A stretch of DNA of 64,000 bases from Candidatus Latescibacterota bacterium (GTDB lineage: Bacteria; Latescibacterota; CBDCVA01), in NCBI GenBank assembly GCA_965222935.1, contig CBDCVA010000001.1, forward strand, positions 132,093 through 196,092. The letters are read 5' to 3'. Under the pieces are notes generated by a model. It ran no database searches. It had not been told where the DNA came from and saw only the letters and a program-made list of their open reading frames with translations. The translations under genes were made by a program, and so were the position numbers. Position 1 is the first letter of the stretch; each line of letters opens with the position of its first letter. Of the stretch, positions 9,857 to 19,756 are shown piece by piece.

Positions 9857-11017
9857 GTGAATTCGGTGGGTCACATTTTTGGAGCTTACCCCTTGCAAGA
9901 CCGGCGCTCAGCCCGCCCGCGAGGCTTCGGCTTTGCAGCCGCCTGGGTCTGGCTGATAGCCCTGGGTCTGCTCCTGGGGTGTCCCGCCTCCGCCATCGCT
10001 GACGCTGACGCCGATTCGCTCCTTTACGACGCCTACATCACGCGGATCGAGCAGGATTCTTCGGACGTCGACGCTTTCCTGGGCCTAGCGCGGCTCTTCA
10101 TCAAGTACGATTACTTCGATGACGCCGCACTCGCCTGCCTGTACGCGCGCGATCTCTACCCCGACGATACGGCCTTGCACGTGAAGACGTATCTGCTTCT
10201 GAGCCGTGGTCATGGGGAGAAGGGCTATCTGCGCGAGGCGGTTCAGCATTATGCGGCGGCGCTGGAACTGCGCCCGGACGACGCGGCACTCTTCGCGGAA
10301 CTGGGCGGGCTCTACGAGGAGTACGGCCAGTACGCGGACGCCCTCGAAGCGTACGCGGAGGCGGCGGGGCGCCAATCGAACGTGCGCTACCACACGGCGA
10401 TGGGCCGCATGTACGCGGCGCAGGACCTGTACTTCGAGGCCGTCGGCGAGCTTCGCTACGCTCTGGTGCTGGATTCCACGTACGCCGAGGCGCATCACGC
10501 GCTCGGCGTAGCGTTCTACGAGCGCGAGTTCGTGGATAAGGCGATAGGGGCTTTCGAGGAAGCCATCCGTCTCAAGCCCGGCCTGCCGGAGGCGCGCCAC
10601 GCTCTGGGCCTGGCCTACGAGGACCGCGGGTTCTACGACAAGGCCATCGCCCAACAGAAGCTCGCCCTTAAGCGCTTGGCCCATTGGCCGGAGGTTCACA
10701 ACGATCTGGGGAACGCCTACTTGCGCAAGGCGATGCTCAGACAGAACCAGCGCAGGGAGGTCGATGCGGAATCCCTGCTGAATCAGGCGATCAAGAAATA
10801 TAAGGACGCCCTGGCTTTAGACCCCGAGTTCGCCGAGGTGCACCACAACCTGGGCCTGACCCATTCGCGCGGGGGCCGTTATACGAAGGCGGTCAAGGCT
10901 TACCAGCGCTACCTCGAGCTCAATCCCGGCGCCAAGGACTATCAGCAGGTCAAGGATCGCATCGTCGAGCTCACCGAGAAGCGGACCGCAGGGCCCGACG
11001 GCGCGCCGAAGCGGTAA
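9857..11017 (+). CDS. secreted TPR-repeat protein
   Basis: Signal peptide with a Cys (LLLGCPASA), then multiple 34-aa TPR repeats (…AYxxLGxxYxxxGxYxxAxxxYxxAL…). Confidence 0.7.
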   Translation: MNSVGHIFGAYPLQDRRSARPRGFGFAAAWVWLIALGLLLGCPASAIADADADSLLYDAYITRIEQDSSDVDAFLGLARLFIKYDYFDDAALACLYARDLYPDDTALHVKTYLLLSRGHGEKGYLREAVQHYAAALELRPDDAALFAELGGLYEEYGQYADALEAYAEAAGRQSNVRYHTAMGRMYAAQDLYFEAVGELRYALVLDSTYAEAHHALGVAFYEREFVDKAIGAFEEAIRLKPGLPEARHALGLAYEDRGFYDKAIAQQKLALKRLAHWPEVHNDLGNAYLRKAMLRQNQRREVDAESLLNQAIKKYKDALALDPEFAEVHHNLGLTHSRGGRYTKAVKAYQRYLELNPGAKDYQQVKDRIVELTEKRTAGPDGAPKR

Positions 11018-11021
11018 TCCG

Positions 11022-12242
11022 TTGCAAGCATCCAGCACGCTGACCCGGAGCGGCGCCGACCGGCACGCCCTCGTGCACCCGTTCGAGTTCGTCATCGATG
11101 CCGAGGATAGCGAGTCCGGCGCGCGCGCCGGCCGCCTGTGGACGCCCCGAGGCGTCGTGCCGACGCCCATGTTCATGCCCGTGGGCACCCAGGCATCGGT
11201 CAAGATGCTGAGCAACGAGGACCTCGAGGCCGCGGGCGCTCGGATCCTGCTCGCCAACGCCTATCACCTCTACCTGCGTCCGGGACCCGACCTCGTCGAG
11301 GAGGCCGGCGGCCTGGGCGGTTTCTCGGCGTGGAGGGGGCCGTATCTGACCGATTCCGGAGGGTATCAGGTCCTGAGTCTCGCCGACCGGGCGACCATCA
11401 CGGACGAGGGGGTCACGTTCCGCTCCCACCTCGACGGCACGACCCACCTCTTCACGCCCGAGGGCGTGATCGAGATCGAACGCGCGCTCGGCGCCGACAT
11501 CATCATGACCTTCGACCAGCCCGAGGCCTACCCCACCACTTGGGCTCGAGCGGAGGCATCGGCCTCGCGCACGATCGGCTGGGCGGAACGGGCCGTGCGC
11601 CATTTCGAGCGGACCCGGCCGCCGGGTGGGGTCCCCCAGGCGCTCTTCGGCATCGTGCAGGGCAGCGTCTACCCCGATCTGCGGCGCCGCTCGGCGCTGA
11701 GCCTGGCGGCCATGGACTTCCCCGGCTACGCCATCGGGGGCTGCGCCATCGGCGAGCCCAAGGGCGCCATGTGGAATGTCCTCGACGCGACGCTCCCGCA
11801 CCTGCCGCCCGACCGCCCGCGCTACCTCATGGGCGTCGGCTATCCCGAGGACCTCATTGCCGCCGTCGCCCGTGGCGTCGATCTGTTCGACTGCGTGATT
11901 CCCACGCGGAACGGCCGCAACGGTAGCGCGTATACTCATGGGGGGCGTATCATCGTGAAGAACGCTGGCGCCGCCCGAAATTTCGAAAGCCTCGACCCCG
12001 CGTGCGAGTGCCCGGCCTGCGGGGGCTATACGCAGGCGTACCTGCGCCACCTGTTTCAGGCTGGCGAGGTGCTGGGGCCGCGGCTTGTGTCGCTTCATAA
12101 CATCTGGTTTTTCATGGATCTGATGGCCCAGATGCGTGCTGCCATCACCGACGGCAGCTTCGGTGCCTGGCGGAGCGAATTCCTGGCGCGCTACGGTCGC
12201 TCGTCGGGGGAGGCCCGCCACCAGGAAGGAGCTTGGGGATGA
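11022..12242 (+). CDS. tgt: queuine tRNA-ribosyltransferase
   Basis: TGT fold with catalytic Asp region and the zinc site CxCxxC…H (CECPACGGY…H). Confidence 0.9.
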   Translation: MQASSTLTRSGADRHALVHPFEFVIDAEDSESGARAGRLWTPRGVVPTPMFMPVGTQASVKMLSNEDLEAAGARILLANAYHLYLRPGPDLVEEAGGLGGFSAWRGPYLTDSGGYQVLSLADRATITDEGVTFRSHLDGTTHLFTPEGVIEIERALGADIIMTFDQPEAYPTTWARAEASASRTIGWAERAVRHFERTRPPGGVPQALFGIVQGSVYPDLRRRSALSLAAMDFPGYAIGGCAIGEPKGAMWNVLDATLPHLPPDRPRYLMGVGYPEDLIAAVARGVDLFDCVIPTRNGRNGSAYTHGGRIIVKNAGAARNFESLDPACECPACGGYTQAYLRHLFQAGEVLGPRLVSLHNIWFFMDLMAQMRAAITDGSFGAWRSEFLARYGRSSGEARHQEGAWG

Positions 12243-12622
12243 ACCAGCCGAAGGCCGTGCTCGCCATGTTTTCACCGCCCGGAGGCGAGGGTGGAAACAT
12301 CTTCGAGATGATGTTTCCGTTCCTGATGATCTTTGTCATCATCTATTTCCTCATGTTGCGCCCGCAGCTCAAAAAGCAGAAGGAAGAGAAGGCGATGCGC
12401 GAGAACCTCAAGAAGGGGGATATGGTCATCGCGGCGGGGGGGATCGCTGGAACCATCTCAGGCTTCGACGATAAGGTCGGCCTGGTGACGCTCCAGATCG
12501 GGGGCGACATCCGCATCGAGGTGACGCGAGCTTCCGTGCAGAGCGTGCGGGGGAGCGCCCCGGCCTCCGGCGGCGAAGGCGGGCAGCGTCGGAGCGGACG
12601 GAAGCGTGGAGGGGGTCGGTGA
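12233..12622 (+). CDS. yajC: preprotein translocase subunit YajC
   Basis: Single TM helix followed by the conserved …MLRPQ…KKQKE…LKKGD.V… YajC signature. Canonical position after tgt. Confidence 0.8.
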   Translation: MGMNQPKAVLAMFSPPGGEGGNIFEMMFPFLMIFVIIYFLMLRPQLKKQKEEKAMRENLKKGDMVIAAGGIAGTISGFDDKVGLVTLQIGGDIRIEVTRASVQSVRGSAPASGGEGGQRRSGRKRGGGR

Positions 12623-13143
12623 GCGCACCGCTCGAGATCATCAACTACCCCGATCCGGTTTTGCGGCGGAAGGCGGAGCCGGTCCAGACCATCGACGAGG
12701 AGCTTGGGGCGCTTGCGGAGGCGATGATCGAGACGATGCACGAAAACACCGGGATTGGGCTCGCGGCCAACCAGGTGGGGCGGCTCCTTCGTCTTTTCGT
12801 GCTCGACCTGGGCGCGGTTGAGGAGGGCATGGATGCCATCGTCTGCATCAATCCGGAGATCATCGAAGATGAGGGCCAGAAAATCAGCGAGGAAGGCTGC
12901 CTGTCCTTCCCCGAACTGCGTGGGGAGGTGCCGCGTCCCGCGCGCATCCGGGCCCGCTTCACCGACCTGGAAGGGACCCGACAGGAGGTGGAGGTGACCG
13001 ATCTTTTGGCCCGCGCCTTCTGCCATGAGACCGATCATCTCGATGGTGTGCTCTTCATCGATAGAATGAGCGCGACCCAGCGGCAACTCCTCGCCGGCCA
13101 GCTCCGCGAACTGGCGCGCGGGATCGCCGTCCCAAGGCCGTGA
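12619..13143 (+). CDS. def: peptide deformylase
   Basis: GIGLAANQVG, EGCLS, HExDH motifs. Confidence 0.9.
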   Translation: MSAPLEIINYPDPVLRRKAEPVQTIDEELGALAEAMIETMHENTGIGLAANQVGRLLRLFVLDLGAVEEGMDAIVCINPEIIEDEGQKISEEGCLSFPELRGEVPRPARIRARFTDLEGTRQEVEVTDLLARAFCHETDHLDGVLFIDRMSATQRQLLAGQLRELARGIAVPRP

Positions 13144-14174
13144 CCTCGCAGCCGTGGCGGGTGGTCTTCTTCGGCACGCCCCGGTTCGCCGTCCCGAGCC
13201 TGAGGGCTCTGGTCGAAAGCAGCCACACCGTCGTGGCCGCTGTGACCAACCCTCCGCGACCCGCCGGACGCGGTCGGAAGCTCCGACCTTCGCCCGTAGC
13301 GGAGGCGTCGGAATCGCTTGGCATCGTGTCGCTCAGCCCCGAAACGCCCCGCGATCCGGCCCTCCCCGAGCGTTTACGCGCGCTGGAAGCCGATGTCTTC
13401 GCCGTGGTGGCATACAGCATTCTTCCCAGGGCGCTTCTGGTTCTCCCGCCGCAAGGCGCGATCAACGTCCACCCTTCGCTCCTTCCGCGCTGTCGCGGCC
13501 CTGCGCCGATTCCCTGGACCCTCATCCGAGGCGAGGCGGAGACCGGCGTCACCCTCATCCGTTTGACCGAGGTCGTGGACGGCGGGAACATCCTGCGGCA
13601 GGAGCGAATCCCCATCGACCCCGATGAGACGGCGGGCGAACTGGCGGAACGGCTGGCATCCCTGGGCGCGAGGCTGCTCGTTGAGACGCTGGACGCGCTG
13701 GGGGCGGGGCCGGTCGGGGGCGTGCCGCAGGACGATGTGCGGGCGACGCACGCGCCCAAGCTCAGAAGGGCGGATGGGGCGGTTCGTTGGTCCGAGCCGG
13801 CGGGGGCAATCGTCAATCGGATTCGCGGAACCAACCCTCTTCCGGGGGCGTTCACCACGTGGCGCGGCGTGGGTTTGAAGCTGTGGCGGGCTACGGTCGT
13901 TCAGCAGCGGGCGGATGAGCCGCGCGCTGCTCCGGGGACGGTCCTCGTCGCTGGCGGGCGCGAGGGATTGGTGATCCAGGCCGGCGAGGGGGCGGTTCGC
14001 CTGGTCGAGGTCCAGCCCGTGGGCAGGCGCTCTATGTCGGGCGCAGCGTTTGTCCGGGGGCGGGGCATCGGCGCTGGCGAGGTGTTGGGGGAGGGTGACC
14101 CTCCGTGCCCTGCGGTCGTGCGGGCCGCGCGCGTTGAGAGGCGAAGGATAGCGCCAGACAAGAAGGAGGGATGA
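13140..14174 (+). CDS. fmt: methionyl-tRNA formyltransferase
   Basis: Formyl-transferase N-domain (…NVHPSLLPRCRG…) plus a C-terminal domain. Coupled with def. Confidence 0.9.
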   Translation: MTSQPWRVVFFGTPRFAVPSLRALVESSHTVVAAVTNPPRPAGRGRKLRPSPVAEASESLGIVSLSPETPRDPALPERLRALEADVFAVVAYSILPRALLVLPPQGAINVHPSLLPRCRGPAPIPWTLIRGEAETGVTLIRLTEVVDGGNILRQERIPIDPDETAGELAERLASLGARLLVETLDALGAGPVGGVPQDDVRATHAPKLRRADGAVRWSEPAGAIVNRIRGTNPLPGAFTTWRGVGLKLWRATVVQQRADEPRAAPGTVLVAGGREGLVIQAGEGAVRLVEVQPVGRRSMSGAAFVRGRGIGAGEVLGEGDPPCPAVVRAARVERRRIAPDKKEG

Positions 14175-14872
14175 CGGTGTTCTTTCCATTTTTCTTCGAC
14201 CCGACGATGATCATTGTCATACCGGCCGCGATCTTCGCCTTGTGGTCGCAGATGCGGGTTCGCTCCGCTTTCAGCGAGTGGTCTCGCATCCGATCTAGCC
14301 GCGGCATCCCAGGCCGGCGGCTCGCGCGGCAGATCCTGGACGATGCCGGCTTACAAGGCGTCGAGATCGAACCCGTGAAAGGCTCGCTCACCGATCACTA
14401 CGATCCGCGAGGCGGCGTCCTTCGGCTGTCCGAAGAGGTGTATGGTTCGGAATCGGTCGCGGCGCTGGGCGTCGCTGCTCATGAGGCGGGCCACGCCATC
14501 CAGCACTCTAACGGCTACTTTCCGCTCTTCCTGCGCTCGAGCATAGCGCCCGTGGCCAGCTTCGGGTCGATGCTGGCATTCCCACTGTTCTTCATCGGGC
14601 TGTTCTTCGTCCGAAGCCCGCTTTTAATGAACATCGGGCTGTTGCTCTTCGCCGGTGCGGTGCTCTTCCACATGGTCACGCTTCCCGTCGAGTTCAACGC
14701 CTCCTCCCGCGCCCTGGGGCTGCTGGACCGGGGGGGCTACCTTCATGGTGAGGAGCTGGAGGGGGCTCGCAAGGTCTTGCGGGCGGCGGGTTGGACCTAC
14801 GTGGCGGCCGCGGCGACCGCGGTGTTGACGCTCATCAGGCTTCTGATCTTGCGCGGCTACGGCGACGACTGA
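14171..14872 (+). CDS. membrane zinc metallopeptidase (YugP/Zn_peptidase_2-like)
   Basis: HEAGHAIQH (HExxH) motif flanked by TM helices. Confidence 0.65.
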   Translation: MTVFFPFFFDPTMIIVIPAAIFALWSQMRVRSAFSEWSRIRSSRGIPGRRLARQILDDAGLQGVEIEPVKGSLTDHYDPRGGVLRLSEEVYGSESVAALGVAAHEAGHAIQHSNGYFPLFLRSSIAPVASFGSMLAFPLFFIGLFFVRSPLLMNIGLLLFAGAVLFHMVTLPVEFNASSRALGLLDRGGYLHGEELEGARKVLRAAGWTYVAAAATAVLTLIRLLILRGYGDD

Positions 14873-14907
14873 GCGGGATCGAGCCTCCAACCAGGCAGCG
14901 GCGCGGC

Positions 14908-15903
14908 ATGGCTCATCTGGTGACCTTCGGCGAGGCGATGCTTCGCCTCGCTCCACCCGACTTCATGCGCATCGAGCAGACGATGCGCTTCGATGTCCTG
15001 ATTGGCGGCGCGGAACTGAACGTGGCCGTGGGCGCCGCCCGGCTGGGGCTGGGCGCGGCGTACGTCACGAGGCTCCCGCGCGGCCCGCTGGGACGCATCA
15101 TCGAGAACAAGAGCCGTGAGCATGGAGTCGACACGCGCCACATCATCTGGACCGATGACGGGCGCGTCGGGCTCTACTTCCTGGAGTTTGGCGGCAAGCC
15201 GAGAGCTGCCCAGGTGATCTACGACCGGGTGGACAGCGCCATGAGCCGGATCGGACCCGGCGAGGTGGACTGGCCGCGCGTTCTCGAAGGCGCTCGCGTC
15301 TTCCATACGACGGGCATCACGGCGGCCATCAGCCAGAGCGCCCGCGAGGCCACCGAGGAGGCCATCGCCGCCGCCCGCGAGGCCGGTCTTCTCGTGAGCT
15401 TCGACCCCAACTACCGCAGCAGGCTGTGGGGGCCGGAGGAGGCGCGCGAGTGTCTGGCCGAGCTCACGCGGCACGCGGATATCCTCAACACGAACGTGGC
15501 CGATGCCAACCTGATCCTCGGCCGTTCCCAGGGGGAGAGCGATCCTGGTGAGATGGCGCGCGCGCTGGCCGAGACGTTTGATCTGAGGGTCGCTGTGGTC
15601 AGCTTCGGGGAGGCGCCTCTGGTGTGGCGCAACACGCGCAGCGCCGTGGCCTACGCCGACGGGACCCTTTACGATGACGCGACTTACGAGATGGAGATCG
15701 TGGACCGAATCGGTGGCGGCGACGCCTTCTGCGCGGGCTTTCTCGTCGAGTACCTGGCCACAGATGGCGATGTGGACCGGGCGCTGCGCTTCGGCAACGC
15801 CTTCGCTGCCCTGAAGCACACTATCCCGGGCGATTTCAACTGGACGACGCGCGAGGAGGCCGAGGCGCTTCTGTCCGGCGGCGACCTCTGGACGCGCCGT
15901 TAG
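14908..15903 (+). CDS. PfkB-family sugar kinase (KdgK-like)
   Basis: Ribokinase/pfkB fold with the GGGDAF anion-hole motif. Start MAHLVTFGE. Confidence 0.8.
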   Translation: MAHLVTFGEAMLRLAPPDFMRIEQTMRFDVLIGGAELNVAVGAARLGLGAAYVTRLPRGPLGRIIENKSREHGVDTRHIIWTDDGRVGLYFLEFGGKPRAAQVIYDRVDSAMSRIGPGEVDWPRVLEGARVFHTTGITAAISQSAREATEEAIAAAREAGLLVSFDPNYRSRLWGPEEARECLAELTRHADILNTNVADANLILGRSQGESDPGEMARALAETFDLRVAVVSFGEAPLVWRNTRSAVAYADGTLYDDATYEMEIVDRIGGGDAFCAGFLVEYLATDGDVDRALRFGNAFAALKHTIPGDFNWTTREEAEALLSGGDLWTRR

Positions 15904-15949
15904 GCGGCGGCGCTGGAGGCGGGTCGGTCCGCACCGGGCCCGGCCAGGT

Positions 15950-16201
15950 GTGCTCAAATGCGTTAGACTTTCGGGGAAGGAGAATGAAGCTGTGGGAGAG
16001 GAGATCATCTTTTTGGTGGAGGAATCCCCGGAAGGGGGCTACCAGGCCAGGGCCCTCGGCCATTCCATCTTCACCGAGGCGGATACGTTCGAAGACCTCA
16101 AGGGTATGGCCCAGGACGCTGTACGTTGCCACTTCGAGGATAGAGAGATGCCCTCTCTCATTCGGCTGCATCTGGTGAAAGATGAGATCATCCCAGCATG
16201 A
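15950..16201 (+). CDS. HicB-like antitoxin-fold small protein (RNase-H-like N-domain), orphan
   Basis: …FLVEESPEGGYQARALGHSIFTEADTFEDLKGMAQDAV… fits the HicB_lk_antitox pattern. A better start is the GTG at 15992, after a GGAAGGAG ribosome-binding site. Confidence 0.5.
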   Translation: MLKCVRLSGKENEAVGEEIIFLVEESPEGGYQARALGHSIFTEADTFEDLKGMAQDAVRCHFEDREMPSLIRLHLVKDEIIPA

Positions 16202-16374
16202 AAATGCCGAGGGATGTCGGCGGAGAAGAACTGGCCAGGCCGGAGCTTGCGTTTTGGGCGCTGGCAGCGCGCTCGTCGATCGCAAGGCGCTGGCTTCTGG
16301 CGGCACTCGGGTGCTGACCAAACGCGCGCGGGCATGCATCACGGCCGCGAGAGAGGCTCGCAGAGGTTAGGCTT

Positions 16375-17361
16375 GTGGCAACCGTCGTGGTAGGGGTGGA
16401 CATCGGCGGCACCAACGTCGTCTCGGGGTTGGTGGACGAGGGGGGCCGCGTCCTGGGCCGTGACAGCCGCCCCATCCGCGCGACGCTGGACGCCCGCCCC
16501 GCTACGGCCGAGACGATGGTGGACCAGATCGCCTCGAGCATCCTGGGGGCCGTCGAGGTGGGCGGGCGCTCGATGGATGACGCGGCGGCCATCGGGCTCG
16601 GCTCTCCGGGTCCGCTGGACTCCGTCGAGGGCGTGATCTACAACCCCGCCAACGTGCCTGAATTCGAGAACCTGCCGCTGCGGAAGCTCGTGAGGGATCA
16701 TCTCGGTGTACCGGTCTTTCTGGACAACGACGCCAACCTGGTGGCGCTGGGCGAGAACTGGTTGGGGGCGGGGCGCGGTTCGCGCCATTTCATGTGCGTG
16801 ACGTTGGGGACGGGCATCGGCGGCGGGATCGTGTCGGACGGTCGTCTCCTGCGCGGGAAGGGGGGCAATGCGGCCGAGATCGGCCACGTCTCCATCGACC
16901 ACAGCGGCCCCCGGTGCGACTGCGGCAACTACGGTTGTCTGGAGCTGTATGCCTCGTCGTCGGGCGTCGTGCGCCGGACCCGCGAGCGCATCCGGGCCGC
17001 GACGACTCCGACGGGCTTGCGCGACAGTGTTGAATTGACGAGCGAGGTGATCTTCGAGGCGGCCGGGGCGGGCGATCCGCTGGCGCGAGAGATCTTCGAG
17101 GAGACGGGCTTCCTGCTCGGCTGCGGTATCGTGAGCGCCGTGAATTTTCTCGATCTGGAGGTCATCGTGCTCTTCGGAGGCCTCGCTCGCGCGGGCGACC
17201 TGCTTTACGGGCCCATCCGCAGCACCATCAGGGAGCGCGTTGCGACGGGCATGTGGGAGAATGTGCGCGTTGTGCCTGCCGAGCTCGGGGATGACACCGC
17301 CCTCATCGGTGGGGCGAAGCTGGCGCTCGGGGGTCTCGCCGGCGAAGCGCCGGGCGGCTAG
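16375..17361 (+). CDS. ROK-family glucokinase
   Basis: GIDIGGT N-terminus and the ROK Cys motif (CDCGNYGCLE). Confidence 0.85.
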   Translation: MATVVVGVDIGGTNVVSGLVDEGGRVLGRDSRPIRATLDARPATAETMVDQIASSILGAVEVGGRSMDDAAAIGLGSPGPLDSVEGVIYNPANVPEFENLPLRKLVRDHLGVPVFLDNDANLVALGENWLGAGRGSRHFMCVTLGTGIGGGIVSDGRLLRGKGGNAAEIGHVSIDHSGPRCDCGNYGCLELYASSSGVVRRTRERIRAATTPTGLRDSVELTSEVIFEAAGAGDPLAREIFEETGFLLGCGIVSAVNFLDLEVIVLFGGLARAGDLLYGPIRSTIRERVATGMWENVRVVPAELGDDTALIGGAKLALGGLAGEAPGG

Positions 17362-17365
17362 GACG

Positions 17366-17896
17366 GTGCTCGTCCATCGGCTGGGGGCCGGTGCGGCGGC
17401 CGCGCTCCTGGCTCTCTCGACGGTGGCTCAGTTGGCTTCGGCCCAGGTTGCCGAGAGCGACACCTCCCAAGCCCCCTCGCCGCGCGGAGCCCTTCTGCGC
17501 TCGCTGGCCTTGCCGGGCTGGGGCCAGCTTGCCAACGGTGAACGACTGAAGGCCGCGGCCATCGCGCTGAGCGAGATCGGCCTCACGACGGCAGTCGTCA
17601 TCCAGAACCGGCGCGTCGGGGACGCCTCCGGTGAGCGCAAAGAGAGCCTGCGCGGGAACCGTAACACGCTATTCTTCTGGCTGGTCGGCGCCGTCGTGTA
17701 CAGCGCCCTCGACGCCTACGTGGACGCTCATTTTCGGGATGTACGGTTTCCGGAGGGGGAGGCGACGCTCGAACTGGCGCCCTTCGCGGAGCTCACCCCA
17801 CCGCCGGTTCCCCTCCCCGCAAACGAGTGTGGGGCGCGGGGGACACTGCCCTCGGGCGGGCTCGGGATGGCGTTGGCCCTACGCCTTGGGTTCTAG
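17366..17896 (+). CDS. exported hypothetical protein (LPGWGQ motif, DUF5683-like)
   Basis: GTG start in frame immediately after the ROK stop. Signal peptide, then LALPGWGQL and a predicted TM segment. Confidence 0.4.
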   Translation: MLVHRLGAGAAAALLALSTVAQLASAQVAESDTSQAPSPRGALLRSLALPGWGQLANGERLKAAAIALSEIGLTTAVVIQNRRVGDASGERKESLRGNRNTLFFWLVGAVVYSALDAYVDAHFRDVRFPEGEATLELAPFAELTPPPVPLPANECGARGTLPSGGLGMALALRLGF

Positions 17897-19594
17897 GGTC
17901 TCCGGCGGTGCCTGCGGGAGAAGGCCCGGCTCGACGAAGAGCGTGCGCTCGCGGTGGACGCGCACCTGGCCCGGCGGGGCCTTGCGCGGCTTTTCCACGC
18001 GCCGCGCCTCGGTATAAATGACCGGGGCGGCCTTCGCTCCGCGCGCCTTGCTCCAGTAGGCGGCGAGCGCCGCCGCTTCGGTGATCGAACGTTTACTCGG
18101 CTCACCCTTCGCGCTATCTACCCGTAGCAGTACATGAGAGCCCGGCACGCCTTGCGCGTGGAACCAGAGGTCGTGCCTCGCCGCCAGCCGCAAAGACAGC
18201 GCATCGTTTTCAGCATCGTTGCGGCCCACGAGGACGAGGAAGCCCTCGCTGGTGCGGTACCGGCGCGCCGAGACCCTCGGCGCCGCGCGCGCCGATTTGC
18301 GGCGGGGTGTTGGTGCGGGCCGCTGGGCAGTGGTTTGGGGGACGACCCCGGATGCGTCCACAGGCACCGCCCGCGCTTGTTCCAGAGTGCGTTTCGCTTT
18401 CGCGAGCCGCTCTCGCAGGATGGGCGCTGCCCGCTGGGCCTTTCGGTGGCGCCTGAAGAGCTGCGCCGCGTTCTCCGCTGGCGAGAGATGGGGCAGAAGC
18501 GCAATCCGGATGCTTTGCGCGGAGTCCTCAAAGCTCGGAAGACGGACCTCGGATACGCCGCGTTTCACTTCATGGACATGAGCGAGCAGAAGTTCCGCCT
18601 GCGCCCTCAGGTCCTGCCCATCAATCGCCGCACACAGGTCCGCCTCGATCTTCCCGACGGCGCGCTCTGCCCTGCGGATTCGGGCGCGCCGTAGTGCCCC
18701 AAGGCGGTCGGCGGTGGCCGCCTGGAAAAGGTGAACATCCAGCGTCTCGACCGCTTCGGTGATCGAGGGCGCCCGACGCCTGCGTTCGGCGGGCAGGTGG
18801 TGCAGGTCGAGGATCGTGGCGGCCATAGGCGCGCCGTCCTCGTCGAGCACGACCGTCGGGGGGCCGAGGACGCTCCGGGGTCTGTTGTAAGCCTCAAAGG
18901 CGAGTGCATAGAGCCGTTCGATGGCGGCGTCGGCCAGAGCGCCGTGCGGTGATTCCGCTCCGATGCCCGCTCGATGGGCCAGCTCGCGTCCCAGGAGCTT
19001 TCCAGCGGCGGGCAAGAGGCGCGCGAGCGCCCTTTCGACCGTGGTGGCCGCGACCGATCGCCATGCGGAGATGAAGGCCGCCGGATCGGGCGCATCCATC
19101 GCTCTCCACCCGGGTCCCGGCGGCGGCGCGTAGACCAGGCCCCGAAGGAGCCGCCGGGTGCGTGAGCGCTCACCGGGCACGGGGCGGAGCACGTCCACGA
19201 TGCGGTCCGATGCGTCCAGGAGCAGCGCGTTGGCGCCCCGGGGGAGAAGCTCGACGACCAGCCGCGACGTTGGCTCCCCCTGGCGGCCTTCGGGGACCAG
19301 GTGCACGATGCGATCGGGACCCCGGCGCTCGACACGGGCTATCCGGGTCGGGGCCAGCCGCCCCGATGGCCAGGACCGCCCCTTCGGCAGGCCGGGGGCG
19401 GCGCCTCCCGCACCCGTTTTGCTCGTGAGATAAAGGGCGGGGGCGTTCGGGGCGCAGGAGATGACCAGCCGCGTCTCGCGGTGGCCGAGGAGCTCCAGGC
19501 GCCGGCCGTCGTACGCCCGTGCCTCGCGCACCCGCCAGCCCACAAGGGCCCGCTCAAGCTCGGCGATTAGCGCATCCAGCGTCCAGGTGTCCAT
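17879..19594 (-). CDS. RqcH/Rqc2-family NFACT protein (fibronectin-binding-A-like)
   Basis: N-terminal MDTWTLDALIAELERAL… NFACT-N domain. C-terminal DUF814/NFACT-R (…LWFHAQGVPGSHVLLR…). Only the C-terminal 572 codons of the 1,941-aa ORF look like coding sequence. Confidence 0.75.
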   Translation of the reverse strand: MDTWTLDALIAELERALVGWRVREARAYDGRRLELLGHRETRLVISCAPNAPALYLTSKTGAGGAAPGLPKGRSWPSGRLAPTRIARVERRGPDRIVHLVPEGRQGEPTSRLVVELLPRGANALLLDASDRIVDVLRPVPGERSRTRRLLRGLVYAPPPGPGWRAMDAPDPAAFISAWRSVAATTVERALARLLPAAGKLLGRELAHRAGIGAESPHGALADAAIERLYALAFEAYNRPRSVLGPPTVVLDEDGAPMAATILDLHHLPAERRRRAPSITEAVETLDVHLFQAATADRLGALRRARIRRAERAVGKIEADLCAAIDGQDLRAQAELLLAHVHEVKRGVSEVRLPSFEDSAQSIRIALLPHLSPAENAAQLFRRHRKAQRAAPILRERLAKAKRTLEQARAVPVDASGVVPQTTAQRPAPTPRRKSARAAPRVSARRYRTSEGFLVLVGRNDAENDALSLRLAARHDLWFHAQGVPGSHVLLRVDSAKGEPSKRSITEAAALAAYWSKARGAKAAPVIYTEARRVEKPRKAPPGQVRVHRERTLFVEPGLLPQAPPETLEPKA

Positions 19595-19756
19595 CCATCC
19601 CCCACCGCCCTGATGGGCGCCGTCGCCGGCGGGCCCCAGGGTTTCACGCGCGGAGCATCGTCCGCCTCCGCTCAAGCTGCGTCTTGACAGCGATGATGAG
19701 CGCCCCCAATATGGGGGTCTATCCCGACGAGACTCAAGCGAAGTTTTTCGACGATC

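Noticed and set aside
9607-10002. 131-aa Cys-containing ORF in the radical SAM/TPR intergenic region as a candidate RiPP precursor
   Set aside because: It has no ribosome-binding site. It overlaps the TPR gene's signal-peptide region in another frame. Its composition is the GC-bias type, not that of a leader/core peptide.
10971-12275. 434-aa minus-strand ORF, and similar long antisense ORFs (12343-13086, 13374-14189, 14857-16008, 26054-26824, 28156-29292, 42258-43250, 45610-46359, 51759-52406, 52929-53642, 58224-59330, 61418-62194)
   Set aside because: All lie antisense to genes with strong homology signals and translate to Arg/Pro/Gly-rich low-complexity sequence typical of open antisense frames in high-GC DNA.
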